From Bacteroidales bacterium (GTDB lineage: Bacteria > Bacteroidota > Bacteroidia > Bacteroidales > F082): 64,000 nucleotides of DNA. A program made the translations under genes and the position numbers. The notes under the pieces are model-generated. The model was not told the origin of the DNA. It searched no databases and was given only the letters and a program-made list of their open reading frames with translations. The stretch is from the NCBI GenBank assembly GCA_029933225.1, contig JAOZOO010000002.1, forward strand, positions 925 through 64,924. The letters are read 5' to 3'. Below are positions 36,831 through 46,557 of this stretch, piece after piece (position 1 is the first letter of the stretch; each line of letters starts with the position of its first letter).

Positions 36831-37268
36831 TCAGGCTGTTTTCCCCGGCCTGTATTTCCTTTGTTCCTGGTAAAATGTAAGAGAGAAACCGCCGGCACCA
36901 AGGTGTAGCAACAGTCCCAGGCCAAGTAAATACAAAAGTATGTTGATATGCTCCAAAACAGGATCACCCCCGTGAACAAAGAACAATGCCACTATCTGGA
37001 TCAGAATAAGGGGCAGGACGGCCATACGTGTTTTATACCCGACAAGTATAAAAAACGGAAATATCAGTTCACACAATCCAACTCCTATAAGTGTTGCCCT
37101 GCTGCCCATACCGAAAGGATCAGGAAAATCGGCAACACCTTCAGGGTATAAATTCAATTTGTTTAAACCGTGATAAAAAATAAGAACCGAAACAAGAACT
37201 CTTAACAAAAGAAGGGCGCCATTGATAATGGGCCCGTAATCATCAGTACAACAAGGTCTTCGTTTCAA
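36831..37268 (-). CDS. DoxX-family membrane protein
   Basis: 145 aa, four TM helices, a DoxX-like LLLLRVLVSVLIFYHGLNKL segment and an apparent TTG start. Confidence 0.65.
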   Translation of the reverse strand: MKRRPCCTDDYGPIINGALLLLRVLVSVLIFYHGLNKLNLYPEGVADFPDPFGMGSRATLIGVGLCELIFPFFILVGYKTRMAVLPLILIQIVALFFVHGGDPVLEHINILLYLLGLGLLLHLGAGGFSLTFYQEQRKYRPGKTA

Positions 37269-37358
37269 ATCTTATTGGTTTAGACAGGTGGATCGAACGA
37301 TAAAACTACAACGATTATTATATCAGATACCAATGTACATCCACCTTAAATATAAAAG

Positions 37359-37431
37359 AGCCTCCCATGGGACTCGAACCCACGACCTGCTCATTACGAG
37401 TGAGCTGCTCTACCAGCTGAGCTAAGGAGGC
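37359..37431 (-). tRNA. tRNA-Thr (anticodon CGT)
   Basis: Hand-folded 73-nt cloverleaf from the reverse complement: GCCTCCT-TA-GCTC-AGCTGGTA-GAGC-A-GCTCA-CTCGTAA-TGAGC-AGGTC-GTGGG-TTCGAGT-CCCAT-GGGAGGC-T. Confidence 0.92.
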
Positions 37432-37445
37432 ATTAAAACGGTTTG

Positions 37446-37453
37446 CAAAGTTA
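37446..37453 (-). promoter_or_regulatory. Candidate -7 box (TAACTTTG on minus strand) for tRNA-Thr
   Basis: Plus-strand caaagtta, 15 nt upstream of tRNA position 1. Confidence 0.5.
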
Positions 37454-37609
37454 ATTCAATTTTAAAATATTAAAATAAAGTGACAATATTTTACTCTTTT
37501 TGTTTTCAATCCAATTATTATTTTTTAACAGTCTGTAAACAAAATAAATATCCATTTATTTGTATATTCGCCGCCCAAAAGAATATTAAAACATTAAAAC
37601 CAATTAAAA

Positions 37610-38575
37610 ATGAACACATTAAAAAGATCAATCGCATTCATGGGGTTTTTCCTTTTTTCAATTATCATCATGGCGCAAACTGTTGCAGATGCCGGGGCAA
37701 AATATAATGAAGCCAATTCAGCTTTTCAAAATAAACAGTATGCAAATGCCATTACTTTATATAAAGATGCTCTATCCATGGCTGACGCTGCCGGTCCGGA
37801 AGCAGATCAATTAAAAGGCAACATCCAGACACAACTAATTAATGCTTATTACAAGAACGGTATTGCACTTTATAAACAGAAAAAATATGATGCATCGGTA
37901 GAAAACCTGAAAAAAGGCCAATCGTTAGCAAAAAATGCAGGTGATGATGCAATGGCTTCAAAAATTGAAGGAATTATTCCAAAGATTTATTCATCAAAAG
38001 GTTTATCATTGGTCAAACAGAAAAAACTGAATGATGCTTTGGCTGCATTTAAAGAAGCACAGGCTGTTAACCCAAATTGTGTTATTTCATTTTATGGTGA
38101 AAGTGTGGCTTACAAAGATATGGGTGATATGGAAAAAATGATGGCCAGTGCTGACAAAGCTATCGAACTTGGCAGCCAAAGCCCGAAAATGAATAAATAT
38201 TCCCAGAAAGCAAAAACCGTTGCCGCTAAAGCTTTGCTGGCTGAAGCCACCAAAGAACTTCAAAAAGAACGTGCTGACGTTGCTATTAAATACTTCAACG
38301 AATCATTCAAATACAAAGCGGGGGATGCCGACACCTATTTTTATATGGCAATTGCTTACAATAAACTAAAAAAATATGATGACGCCATTATTGCTGCAAA
38401 TAAGGCCATCGAAATGAAACAAGATAACAAATCGGATGTTTACTTTCAGTTGGGTCTGGCTTATGAAGGAAAAGGTGAAACGGCAAAAGCATGCAGTGCT
38501 TTCAAGAAAGTAACCTCAGGAGACAACGTAGAAGCAGCAAAATATGAAATGACACAAAAGCTGAAATGCAGTTAA
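37610..38575 (+). CDS. Secreted TPR-repeat protein
   Basis: 321 aa with a signal peptide and several TPR-like units (e.g. YANAITLYKDALSMAD, DDAIIAANKAIEMKQDNKSDVYFQLGLAYEGKG). Confidence 0.8.
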   Translation: MNTLKRSIAFMGFFLFSIIIMAQTVADAGAKYNEANSAFQNKQYANAITLYKDALSMADAAGPEADQLKGNIQTQLINAYYKNGIALYKQKKYDASVENLKKGQSLAKNAGDDAMASKIEGIIPKIYSSKGLSLVKQKKLNDALAAFKEAQAVNPNCVISFYGESVAYKDMGDMEKMMASADKAIELGSQSPKMNKYSQKAKTVAAKALLAEATKELQKERADVAIKYFNESFKYKAGDADTYFYMAIAYNKLKKYDDAIIAANKAIEMKQDNKSDVYFQLGLAYEGKGETAKACSAFKKVTSGDNVEAAKYEMTQKLKCS

Positions 38576-38609
38576 TCTGTATCAAATCATATACTACCTT
38601 ATTACAAAG

Positions 38610-38635
38610 AGTGGCTTTACCGGCCACTTTTTTTA
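38610..38635 (+). terminator. Intrinsic terminator
   Basis: AGTGGC (38610-38615) pairs with GCCACT (38623-38628), followed by a T run. Confidence 0.6.
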
Positions 38636-38717
38636 TGCCAATGACAGAAAAATTTAAGGGTAGTAAAATAATTCTTGAAAAAATGAATTATCTTTAACCT
38701 TTAAAAATTAATAAATT

Positions 38718-39266
38718 ATGAAAACAAATCTTTCTTCAAACTGGTGGTCATTTACTTTGAGTGGTATTATTGCCATATTATACGCCTTTCTCGCATTTTA
38801 CAATCCCGAAGGAATGCTTACAAAAATTATCGGCTTTTTTGGTATCATCGTGCTGATCATTGGGATTGCGATGCTTATCGGTGTGATCAGCAATATCCGC
38901 AACAAACAACCTTACGGGGCCGAACTTACCTGGACAATTCTGACCATTGCTATCGGGGGAATACTCACATTTTATACTAAAGAGGCTGTGAGTATTTTCG
39001 TTATAATTGTGGGTATATGGGCTATCCTGATGGGAATTGTTCAGGTATATATTATGACCCGGATTGAACCTGAAAACAAAAGCCGTAACTCATTCCTTAT
39101 CAACGGCATCATCAGTATTGTTTTTGGTATCATTTTGTTTTTCAACCCGTTTACATCAGCATCGTTTTTACTGATCATAACCGGGATACTTGCATTGTTT
39201 ATGGGAATATTCCTGATTGTACTTTCTTTTAAAATCAAGAACTTTGCAAAAGAGCTGGAAGTTTAA
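38718..39266 (+). CDS. HdeD/DUF308-like membrane protein
   Basis: 182 aa with six TM helices in a repeated two-helix pattern. The N-terminal WWSFTLSGIIAILYAFLAF is typical of DUF308. Confidence 0.65.
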   Translation: MKTNLSSNWWSFTLSGIIAILYAFLAFYNPEGMLTKIIGFFGIIVLIIGIAMLIGVISNIRNKQPYGAELTWTILTIAIGGILTFYTKEAVSIFVIIVGIWAILMGIVQVYIMTRIEPENKSRNSFLINGIISIVFGIILFFNPFTSASFLLIITGILALFMGIFLIVLSFKIKNFAKELEV

Positions 39267-41011
39267 TCAAATTTAATGTCTTTGATGCGAAGCTGAAGGG
39301 TCGTGTGCCCCTGCCAGAAATTTTCATCGATGTGATAGCAAATACTGAAAGGCCTGCCTGTTTTCATGTTTTCAAAATGATGTCCCTGATTAAAGGCAAT
39401 GGCAGGTAAAGGCCCGCCGTTGTGATCAGGATGAACAACAGAAAATTTCAGGTGCTTGCTGCCGTTTTTCCCAACGATCTTAACATAACCGGTATCAATA
39501 ACATTTCTTGTCTGGAAAAAAGGCGACATATTTCCGGGACCAAACGGCGCAAATTGTTTAAGTATCCTGAAAAATTTTGAGTTGATGTCGCTAATGTATA
39601 ATTCTTCATCAATCTCTATTTCAGGAATCATCATATCATCCGTCAATCTTTCAGATGCATATTTCTCAAATTCATCGATGAAAACATCCAGATTTTCAGG
39701 CTTTAATGCCAGGCCCGCAGCATAAGTATGGCCGCCGAAATGCTCAAGCAAATGACTGATGGAATCCAGCGCATCATAAATGTCAAAGTTTTTTATTGAA
39801 CGCGCCGACCCCGTAATCAACCCGTCGCTTCGTGTAAGGACGATGGTGGGGCGATAATAAACTTCGATTAACCGTGAAGCCACAATCCCGATAACGCCTT
39901 TATGCCAGTCCTGCTTGAAGACAACAGTTGTTTTTTTGTTTTCGTGGTCTTTGTCTTTTTTCAGGATTTCAATGGCTTCACTTGTTATACCGGTATCCAG
40001 ATCCCTGCGGGTTAAATTCAGTTCATTGATCTGTTTTCCCAGTTTTTTTGCATAATCATCATCGCGGCTGATGAGTAACCTGACAGAATCAGTAGCATCT
40101 TCAATCCTCCCGGCAGCATTGATGCGCGGACCGACCAGGAAAACAAGGTCGTTGACCGATATTTCCCGGTCAAAATACAGAGTTCCTTTGTTTTCATTTC
40201 TCTCAACGCCTGCAGAATTCAAAAGTACTTCAAGTCCGGCACGCGGTTTTTCATTGATCTTTTTCAAACCGTAATAGGCCAGCACACGATTTTCTCCGGT
40301 AATCGGAACGATATCGGCGGCAATACTGACAGCCACAAGATCGAGGGCGGCAAAAACCGTATTTTCGGAGTCTCCTCTTTTTTGGGCAATGGCCTGCGTC
40401 AGTTTAAATCCTACCCCGCACCCCGATAAATCTTTATAAGGATAAGGGCAATCGGGCTGCTTGGGATCAAGTACGGCTGCAGCCTCGGGAACGGTATCTC
40501 CGGGACGGTGATGGTCACAGATAATTACGTCAAGGCCTTTTTCCTTTGCATACTTTACTTTTTCAATGGCTTTTATTCCACAGTCAAGAGCTATGAGCAA
40601 GGTAGCTCCTTGTTTCCGGGCAAAATCTATTCCGGTGTAAGAAATACCATAACCTTCTTTATAACGGTCAGGAATATAAAATTCTATCTTTTTATGAAAT
40701 CTTCTGATAAACGAATAGACCAACGCAACCGCAGTGGTTCCGTCAACATCATAATCGCCGTAAACCATGATTTTCTCACCCTTTTCATGGGCCTTCATAA
40801 TCCGTTCAACAGCCACATCCATATCCTTCATCAGGAAAGGATCGTGCAAATGTTTTAAACTGGGCCTGAAAAAACGTTTGGCTTCATCAAAGGTTTTAAC
40901 TCCGCGCTGAACAAGTAAAGCAGTTAGTCTTTCGTTGATATTGAGTGCGCTGGATAACTGCTTAACCGCCTCTATATCTGTTGTTTTTTTCAGCACCCAC
41001 CGCTTTTCCAT
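39263..41011 (-). CDS. recJ: Single-stranded-DNA-specific exonuclease RecJ
   Basis: 582 aa. DHH-family motifs (VYGDYDVDGTT, IALDCG, ICDHHRP), a DHHA1 GGH motif (HFGGHTYAAG) and a C-terminal OB-like domain. Confidence 0.95.
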   Translation of the reverse strand: MEKRWVLKKTTDIEAVKQLSSALNINERLTALLVQRGVKTFDEAKRFFRPSLKHLHDPFLMKDMDVAVERIMKAHEKGEKIMVYGDYDVDGTTAVALVYSFIRRFHKKIEFYIPDRYKEGYGISYTGIDFARKQGATLLIALDCGIKAIEKVKYAKEKGLDVIICDHHRPGDTVPEAAAVLDPKQPDCPYPYKDLSGCGVGFKLTQAIAQKRGDSENTVFAALDLVAVSIAADIVPITGENRVLAYYGLKKINEKPRAGLEVLLNSAGVERNENKGTLYFDREISVNDLVFLVGPRINAAGRIEDATDSVRLLISRDDDYAKKLGKQINELNLTRRDLDTGITSEAIEILKKDKDHENKKTTVVFKQDWHKGVIGIVASRLIEVYYRPTIVLTRSDGLITGSARSIKNFDIYDALDSISHLLEHFGGHTYAAGLALKPENLDVFIDEFEKYASERLTDDMMIPEIEIDEELYISDINSKFFRILKQFAPFGPGNMSPFFQTRNVIDTGYVKIVGKNGSKHLKFSVVHPDHNGGPLPAIAFNQGHHFENMKTGRPFSICYHIDENFWQGHTTLQLRIKDIKFD

Positions 41012-41101
41012 ATCTGTTGTTGTTTAGCATGTAAAAGTAACCATTTCTAAAAAAATATGAAATAGCTTTTGTTTAAAAAATATTTGATCTGGTTTTGTTC
41101 G

Positions 41102-42346
41102 CTAAAAATTTGATCTCATGGCTTCCACGGGATTAAGGCGTGAAGCATTCCACGAAGGGATAAATCCGGATATAAGTCCGATGATGGCCGATACAACAAT
41201 CCCCAGCAAAATATTTTGAAAAGTAAGTATCAAATTAAAATTAACAAGCGACTCGCCATAATAAGTAAGCACATAAACGATGGCCAAACCGATAATCCCG
41301 CCGATGATCGAAAGAAATATGGCTTCGAATAAAAACTCCAGAAGAATAAAGTAGCGTTTTGCACCCAGTGATTTCTGGATACCGATCTGTGTTGTTCGTT
41401 CTTTCACCGAAACAAACATGATATTGGCAATACCGAATCCGCCAACAAGGAGTGAAAAACCGCCGATAATCCATCCCACCATGGCAATGACAGCAAACAA
41501 CTGACTAAATCCCTTGGTTATGATATCCGTTTCGTTAATCGCGAAATCATCCTCTTCGCGTGGCGACAGCTTTCTGACAGAGCGCATGATCCCTGTAATT
41601 TCATCACGCATCTGGTCATTGCTTATCCCGGGTTTGGCTTTAACAATAATGGTCGTTCCGATATTTCTGGCATCTATCAGTCCCAGTGCATAATTGACCG
41701 GGATCAGAATATAATTGTCTCTTGAATTTCCGAAAACACTTTCTCCTTCCTTTTTCAATACGCCGATTATCTGAATCCTGCGTCCAAATATTTTTATTTT
41801 TTTCCCAATTGGATCAACCCCCTGAAAAAGATCTTTCGACACATCCGCACCGATAATGCAAATATTTTTGGCTCCTTTTGATTCGTTTGCCGTAAAATAC
41901 CGGCCGTCCTGTAAATCAAACTTCATCACTTTGTTGTAATCCTGCGAAACGGCCAGCACCGGAACGTTTTCTATTGAATTGTTTTTATAATAAGCTGACC
42001 GCCTGACACTGAACAACAGGGCTGCATTTTCTATCGTGGTGCTGCGTTTCATCAACTCCTGCATTTCGCTCATTTTGGGTTCCGGCCGGTTAATGTATTT
42101 CCACCACGGATAGTTACTACCTCCCATCATCCAGGGCCATTTCTGAATGAACAGCACATTGCTTCCCAACGAGTTGATCTCATCTTTGATGGCCTTTTCC
42201 AGACTGTCAAAAACTGTAAATACCGAAATGATCGAAAAGATGCCGATGGTAATTCCCAACAGCGACAATATGGTTCTCACTTTGTTAATCACCAGTGCCC
42301 TTGACGCAAATGCTATACTTTCGAATATGAGTTTGATAGTCCGCAT
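41102..42346 (-). CDS. ABC transporter permease, MacB/FtsX-like
   Basis: 414 aa. N-terminal TM, a large periplasmic MacB_PCD-like domain and a C-terminal FtsX 3-helix bundle (ERTTQIGIQKSLGAKR...). No ATPase gene is adjacent. Confidence 0.85.
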   Translation of the reverse strand: MRTIKLIFESIAFASRALVINKVRTILSLLGITIGIFSIISVFTVFDSLEKAIKDEINSLGSNVLFIQKWPWMMGGSNYPWWKYINRPEPKMSEMQELMKRSTTIENAALLFSVRRSAYYKNNSIENVPVLAVSQDYNKVMKFDLQDGRYFTANESKGAKNICIIGADVSKDLFQGVDPIGKKIKIFGRRIQIIGVLKKEGESVFGNSRDNYILIPVNYALGLIDARNIGTTIIVKAKPGISNDQMRDEITGIMRSVRKLSPREEDDFAINETDIITKGFSQLFAVIAMVGWIIGGFSLLVGGFGIANIMFVSVKERTTQIGIQKSLGAKRYFILLEFLFEAIFLSIIGGIIGLAIVYVLTYYGESLVNFNLILTFQNILLGIVVSAIIGLISGFIPSWNASRLNPVEAMRSNF

Positions 42347-42493
42347 TATTTCATTTTTAAAACACTGTTTTTATTAACAATAAAACATTGCATAAATAAG
42401 TGAGTAAAAGTAATGAACATTTGATTAAATCATATTATTTTGCATTACGTTAAACATTTTAATATTCTTTCATCCGTTAAATAAATTTCTGCC

Positions 42494-44008
42494 TTGAAAA
42501 AAATTAAAACAGCATTAGTTTCAGTCTTTTACAAAGACGGTCTTATTGATATCATGGAAAGGCTTCAACAATTGGGGATTGATGTTTATTCAACCGGGGG
42601 CACTTTCAATTTTATTAAAGAAAACGGATTTGATGTAAAATCCATTGAATCGTTAACAGGATATCCTTCCATTCTCGGCGGCAGAGTGAAAACTTTACAC
42701 CCTAAAGTGTTCGGTGGTATCCTTGCCCGCAGAGAAAATGAAGACGATCTTAAACAGCTTGAGGAGTATGAAATTCCTCAATTTGACCTCGTTATTGTTG
42801 ACCTTTATCCTTTTGAAGAAACATTGCGTTCAACCGACGATGCGGATGAGATCGTTGAAAAAATAGATATCGGGGGCATTGCACTCATCCGGGCGGCAGC
42901 CAAAAATTATAAGGATGTGCTGGTTGTTCCCGGTTCCGGTATGTATGATGAACTGATCACTCTGCTTGACGAGAAAGAAGGAGAAACATATCTTGAGGAT
43001 CGCCGTTATTTTGCTGCACAAGCATTCAACATCAGTTCACACTACGATACAGCCATTTTCAACTGGATTAACCCGGGAAATATCAGGGCATTTAAACAAA
43101 GTATTCTCGATTCTACCATTCTGCGTTACGGTGAAAATCCCCATCAGGAAGGTATCTTTTTTGGCAAACCTGAAGAAGTTTACGAACAACTGCACGGGAA
43201 AGCCATTTCTTACAACAACCTGCTTGACCTTGACGCAGCTATTAATTTGATCAACGATTTTGACGAAACCACTTTTGCAGTGATCAAACACAACAATGCC
43301 TGTGGCCTAGCTTCCCGTGAAACACTAAAACAGGCATGGACAGACGCGCTGGCCGGTGACCCGGTTTCTGCTTTTGGCGGAGTCCTTGCTGCCAACCGAA
43401 CCATTGACCGCGAAACGGCTGAAGAGATCAATAAAATATTTTTCGAGATCATCATCGCTCCGGCCTATGATGACGATGCACTTGAAGTGCTGAAAACAAA
43501 AAAGAACAGGATCATCTTAATCCTTAAACCGTTCAAATTCCCGGCTCGTCAGTTCAGGTCGGTACTGAACGGCGCATTAAGCCAGGAAAGAGATACGGTA
43601 ACCGAAACAGTTGAAAACCTGAAAACAGTTACCCGGACAGCGCCCTCAGCAAAACAGGTAGATGACCTGCTGTTTGCCAACAAGATTGTGAAACATACAA
43701 AGTCAAATACTATTGTGCTGGCCAACAATAAGCAATTAGTTGGTTCGGGGACAGGCCAGACATCGCGTGTGGATGCTTTGAAGCAGGCCATCGAAAAAGC
43801 CCGGAATTTCAATTTACCGCTTGGAGGAGCCGTCATGGCCTCCGATGCTTTTTTCCCTTTTGCCGATTCGGTGGAAATTGCAGACAAGGCAGGTATCAGG
43901 GCGGTCATTCAGCCGGGCGGATCGATTCGCGACAAAGATTCGATAGAATATTGCGATAAACACGACATTCCGATGGTTTTTACCGGAATCAGGCATTTTA
44001 AACATTAA
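42494..44008 (+). CDS. purH: Bifunctional AICAR transformylase / IMP cyclohydrolase
   Basis: 504 aa with a TTG start. The MGS-like N-terminus (ALVSVFYKDGL...STGGT) and conserved blocks (GRVKTLHPKV, IKHNNACG, QPGGSIRD) match PurH. Confidence 0.97.
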   Translation: MKKIKTALVSVFYKDGLIDIMERLQQLGIDVYSTGGTFNFIKENGFDVKSIESLTGYPSILGGRVKTLHPKVFGGILARRENEDDLKQLEEYEIPQFDLVIVDLYPFEETLRSTDDADEIVEKIDIGGIALIRAAAKNYKDVLVVPGSGMYDELITLLDEKEGETYLEDRRYFAAQAFNISSHYDTAIFNWINPGNIRAFKQSILDSTILRYGENPHQEGIFFGKPEEVYEQLHGKAISYNNLLDLDAAINLINDFDETTFAVIKHNNACGLASRETLKQAWTDALAGDPVSAFGGVLAANRTIDRETAEEINKIFFEIIIAPAYDDDALEVLKTKKNRIILILKPFKFPARQFRSVLNGALSQERDTVTETVENLKTVTRTAPSAKQVDDLLFANKIVKHTKSNTIVLANNKQLVGSGTGQTSRVDALKQAIEKARNFNLPLGGAVMASDAFFPFADSVEIADKAGIRAVIQPGGSIRDKDSIEYCDKHDIPMVFTGIRHFKH

Positions 44009-44082
44009 GATAATCAATATATGAAACTTTTTTTTGTAGTTTCGTTTTGTTAGTATAAATACAAGTAATCAGGAGAAGAAAT

Positions 44083-45105
44083 ATGGGATTGTTTTCATTT
44101 TTAACCCGGGAAATTGCAATTGATCTGGGAACTGCCAACACGATCATTATATATAATGACAAAGTTGTGGTTGACGAGCCGTCGATTGTGGCCATTGACA
44201 GAAATCAGGGGAAGATCATTGCTGTTGGCAAAAAGGCGATGCTAATGCATGGCAAAACACACGAAAACATCAAAACAATCCGTCCCTTGCGGGATGGTGT
44301 AATCGCCGATTTTGAATCGGCTGAATACATGATCCGCGAAATGATAAAAATGATCGGCTTTAAAAATGCATTGTTTTCACCGGCTTTAAAAATGGTTATT
44401 TGTATCCCTTCCGGCATTACGGGTGTCGAAGAAAGGGCTGTAAAAGATTCAGCCGAACAGGCCGGAGCCAAAGAGATACGCCTGATTCATGAACCCATGG
44501 CAGCCGCTATCGGTATTGGCATCGATGTTCTGGAACCTACCGGAAATATGATCATCGACATCGGTGGTGGTACCAGCGAAATTGCTGTTATCGCACTCGG
44601 TGGAATTGTGAACAATACTTCCATCAGGATTGCGGGCGATGATTTCAATGCCGACATCGAAGAATACATGCGTAAACATCACAATATCAATATCGGAGAA
44701 CGGACTGCGGAACGGATCAAAATTGAAGTGGGTGCAGCCCTCACCGAACTTGACAACCCGCCCGATGAATATGCTGTTCACGGCAGGGATATGCTGACGG
44801 GTATCCCGAAAGAAATCAAAGTCAACTATAAGGAAATTGCTGCCTGCCTCGACAAATCAATCTCAAAAATAGAAGCTGCCGTACTCAATGCCCTCGAAAA
44901 CACACCACCGGAATTGTCGGCTGATATTTTCAGGACAGGCATCTATCTTGCCGGAGGAGGTTCCATGTTGCGCGGGTTAGATAAAAGGTTGCATCTGAAA
45001 ACAAAGCTTCCCATTCATGTAGCTGAAGACCCCTTAAGAGCTGTGGCAAGGGGAACAGGCATTGCCTTGAAAAACTTCGATAAATTTACGTTCCTGATAA
45101 AATAA
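44083..45105 (+). CDS. mreB: Rod-shape-determining protein MreB
   Basis: 340 aa. Actin-fold phosphate motifs IAIDLGTANT and IIDIGGGTSEIAVI. Confidence 0.97.
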   Translation: MGLFSFLTREIAIDLGTANTIIIYNDKVVVDEPSIVAIDRNQGKIIAVGKKAMLMHGKTHENIKTIRPLRDGVIADFESAEYMIREMIKMIGFKNALFSPALKMVICIPSGITGVEERAVKDSAEQAGAKEIRLIHEPMAAAIGIGIDVLEPTGNMIIDIGGGTSEIAVIALGGIVNNTSIRIAGDDFNADIEEYMRKHHNINIGERTAERIKIEVGAALTELDNPPDEYAVHGRDMLTGIPKEIKVNYKEIAACLDKSISKIEAAVLNALENTPPELSADIFRTGIYLAGGGSMLRGLDKRLHLKTKLPIHVAEDPLRAVARGTGIALKNFDKFTFLIK

Positions 45106-45165
45106 AACAAACGACAAAACGCTTAACCTGTGCAAGAACTTTACAAATTGTCAATCTGATGCCGA

Positions 45166-45981
45166 ATGCGTAATCTCTTCTCTTTATTATGGAAATATCA
45201 TTTTTTTGTCTTTTTTCTCATCCTTGAAACCATTTCATTGATCCTGCTGGTGAACAACTATTCTTATCACAGATCATTGTATTTCAATACGGCTAGCGAT
45301 TTTACCGGAAACATCTATTCGACCTATGGTAATATTGAAAATTATTTTTCGCTGAAACATGAAAATAAGCAATTACTGGAAGAAAACACGCGGCTACGAA
45401 ATAAACTAAGCGGATTGGTGGTATATTCCGATTCACTCCCTGCCGATACCAACAGTAATTATTACTTCATTCCTGCCAGGGTAATCTCTAACAGTGTCAA
45501 TAAACGGAATAATCTGATATTGATTGATAAAGGACTGTCGGACAGTATAGAACGGGAAATGGGAGTGGTTTCTTCGACCGGCATTGTGGGAATTGTTATC
45601 GGTGTATCTGATCATTATGCAGTGGTCATGTCCATGCTGCACCGCAACAGTAGGATCAGTGGACGGGTGAAAAAGAACGGGCAACTGGTCAACATTATCT
45701 GGAAAGGGCCCGACTTTACGAAAGGAGAAGTGACCGATATCCCGACACATTTCACGCTGTCGAAAGGCGACACGATCATGACCAGCGGCAATTCACTGAT
45801 CTTTCCGCCGGGTATTTTAATCGGAACGATAAAAAGCAACCAGCAGGCAGATAACCTGGAACTTGGCCAGGCCACATTGAATTTTTCAACTGATTTCAAC
45901 GGACTTGAATACGTTTATGTTATTAAAAACCGGGAGAAAAAAGAACAGGAAGAACTACTAAATGAGGTGGAGAATGAATAA
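45166..45981 (+). CDS. mreC: Rod-shape-determining protein MreC
   Basis: 271 aa with an N-terminal TM, a short coiled coil (ENKQLLEENTRLRNKL) and a beta-rich domain. Position between mreB and mreD. Confidence 0.85.
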   Translation: MRNLFSLLWKYHFFVFFLILETISLILLVNNYSYHRSLYFNTASDFTGNIYSTYGNIENYFSLKHENKQLLEENTRLRNKLSGLVVYSDSLPADTNSNYYFIPARVISNSVNKRNNLILIDKGLSDSIEREMGVVSSTGIVGIVIGVSDHYAVVMSMLHRNSRISGRVKKNGQLVNIIWKGPDFTKGEVTDIPTHFTLSKGDTIMTSGNSLIFPPGILIGTIKSNQQADNLELGQATLNFSTDFNGLEYVYVIKNREKKEQEELLNEVENE

Positions 45982-46486
45982 CGTCTATTTCAGAAATATC
46001 GTCCGTTTTATTTTACTGATTCTGCTTCAGGTGCTGGTGCTGAACAATATGAACCTGATGGGATATATGAATCCTTACGTTTATATTTTATTCATTCTTT
46101 TGCTCCCTGCCGATATCAGCGGAAGTCTTTTGCTGTTGCTGGCATTTTTTACAGGGTTGACTGTCGATTTTTTTGGAAACACACTGGGATTGAATGCGGC
46201 GGCCACTGTACTCATGGCTTTTGTCAGGCCGGGTATCTTAAATACTTTCTTTAAAAGTATTGAATTCGGTCAGGGCGAAGAGCCGGGAATAGCCAAAATG
46301 GGAATTGGCAAATTTTTACGTTACACATTCCTGCTGGTACTAATTCACCACACCGCATTGTTTTTCCTCGAAGTGTTCAACTTCGATGAATTCGGGGAGA
46401 CACTATACCGCATCAGTATCAGCTCCTTGTTTTCAACTTTCATTATTCTGATCCTGGTTTTTCTTTTCGGAAAACGAAAGCATTAA
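45974..46486 (+). CDS. mreD: Rod-shape-determining protein MreD
   Basis: ~170-aa polytopic membrane protein directly after mreC. ATG 45974 gives the typical ATGAATAA overlap (the ORF track starts at 45962). Confidence 0.75.
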   Translation: MNNVYFRNIVRFILLILLQVLVLNNMNLMGYMNPYVYILFILLLPADISGSLLLLLAFFTGLTVDFFGNTLGLNAAATVLMAFVRPGILNTFFKSIEFGQGEEPGIAKMGIGKFLRYTFLLVLIHHTALFFLEVFNFDEFGETLYRISISSLFSTFIILILVFLFGKRKH

Positions 46487-46524
46487 TTATTTGTTAATTT
46501 TTTCTTTTGCATATCATGTATAAC

Positions 46525-46532
46525 TAATTTTG
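46525..46532 (+). promoter_or_regulatory. Candidate -7 box (TAATTTTG)
   Basis: Exact TAnnTTTG, 25 nt upstream of ATG 46558. Confidence 0.45.
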
Positions 46533-46557
46533 TATAAACTTTTTAAAATAATTGAAA

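Noticed and set aside
37480-37707. 75-aa plus-strand ORF spanning the tRNA-Thr promoter region and the TPR gene start
   Set aside because: It overlaps the well-supported TPR gene start in another frame and covers promoter DNA, with low-complexity composition.
42347-42493. ZTP (pfl) riboswitch expected upstream of purH
   Set aside because: The spacer is AT-rich and lacks the GC-rich conserved pfl elements (GGGTCGTGAC..., CCGCCTGGGC). No stable pseudoknot-type structure is evident.
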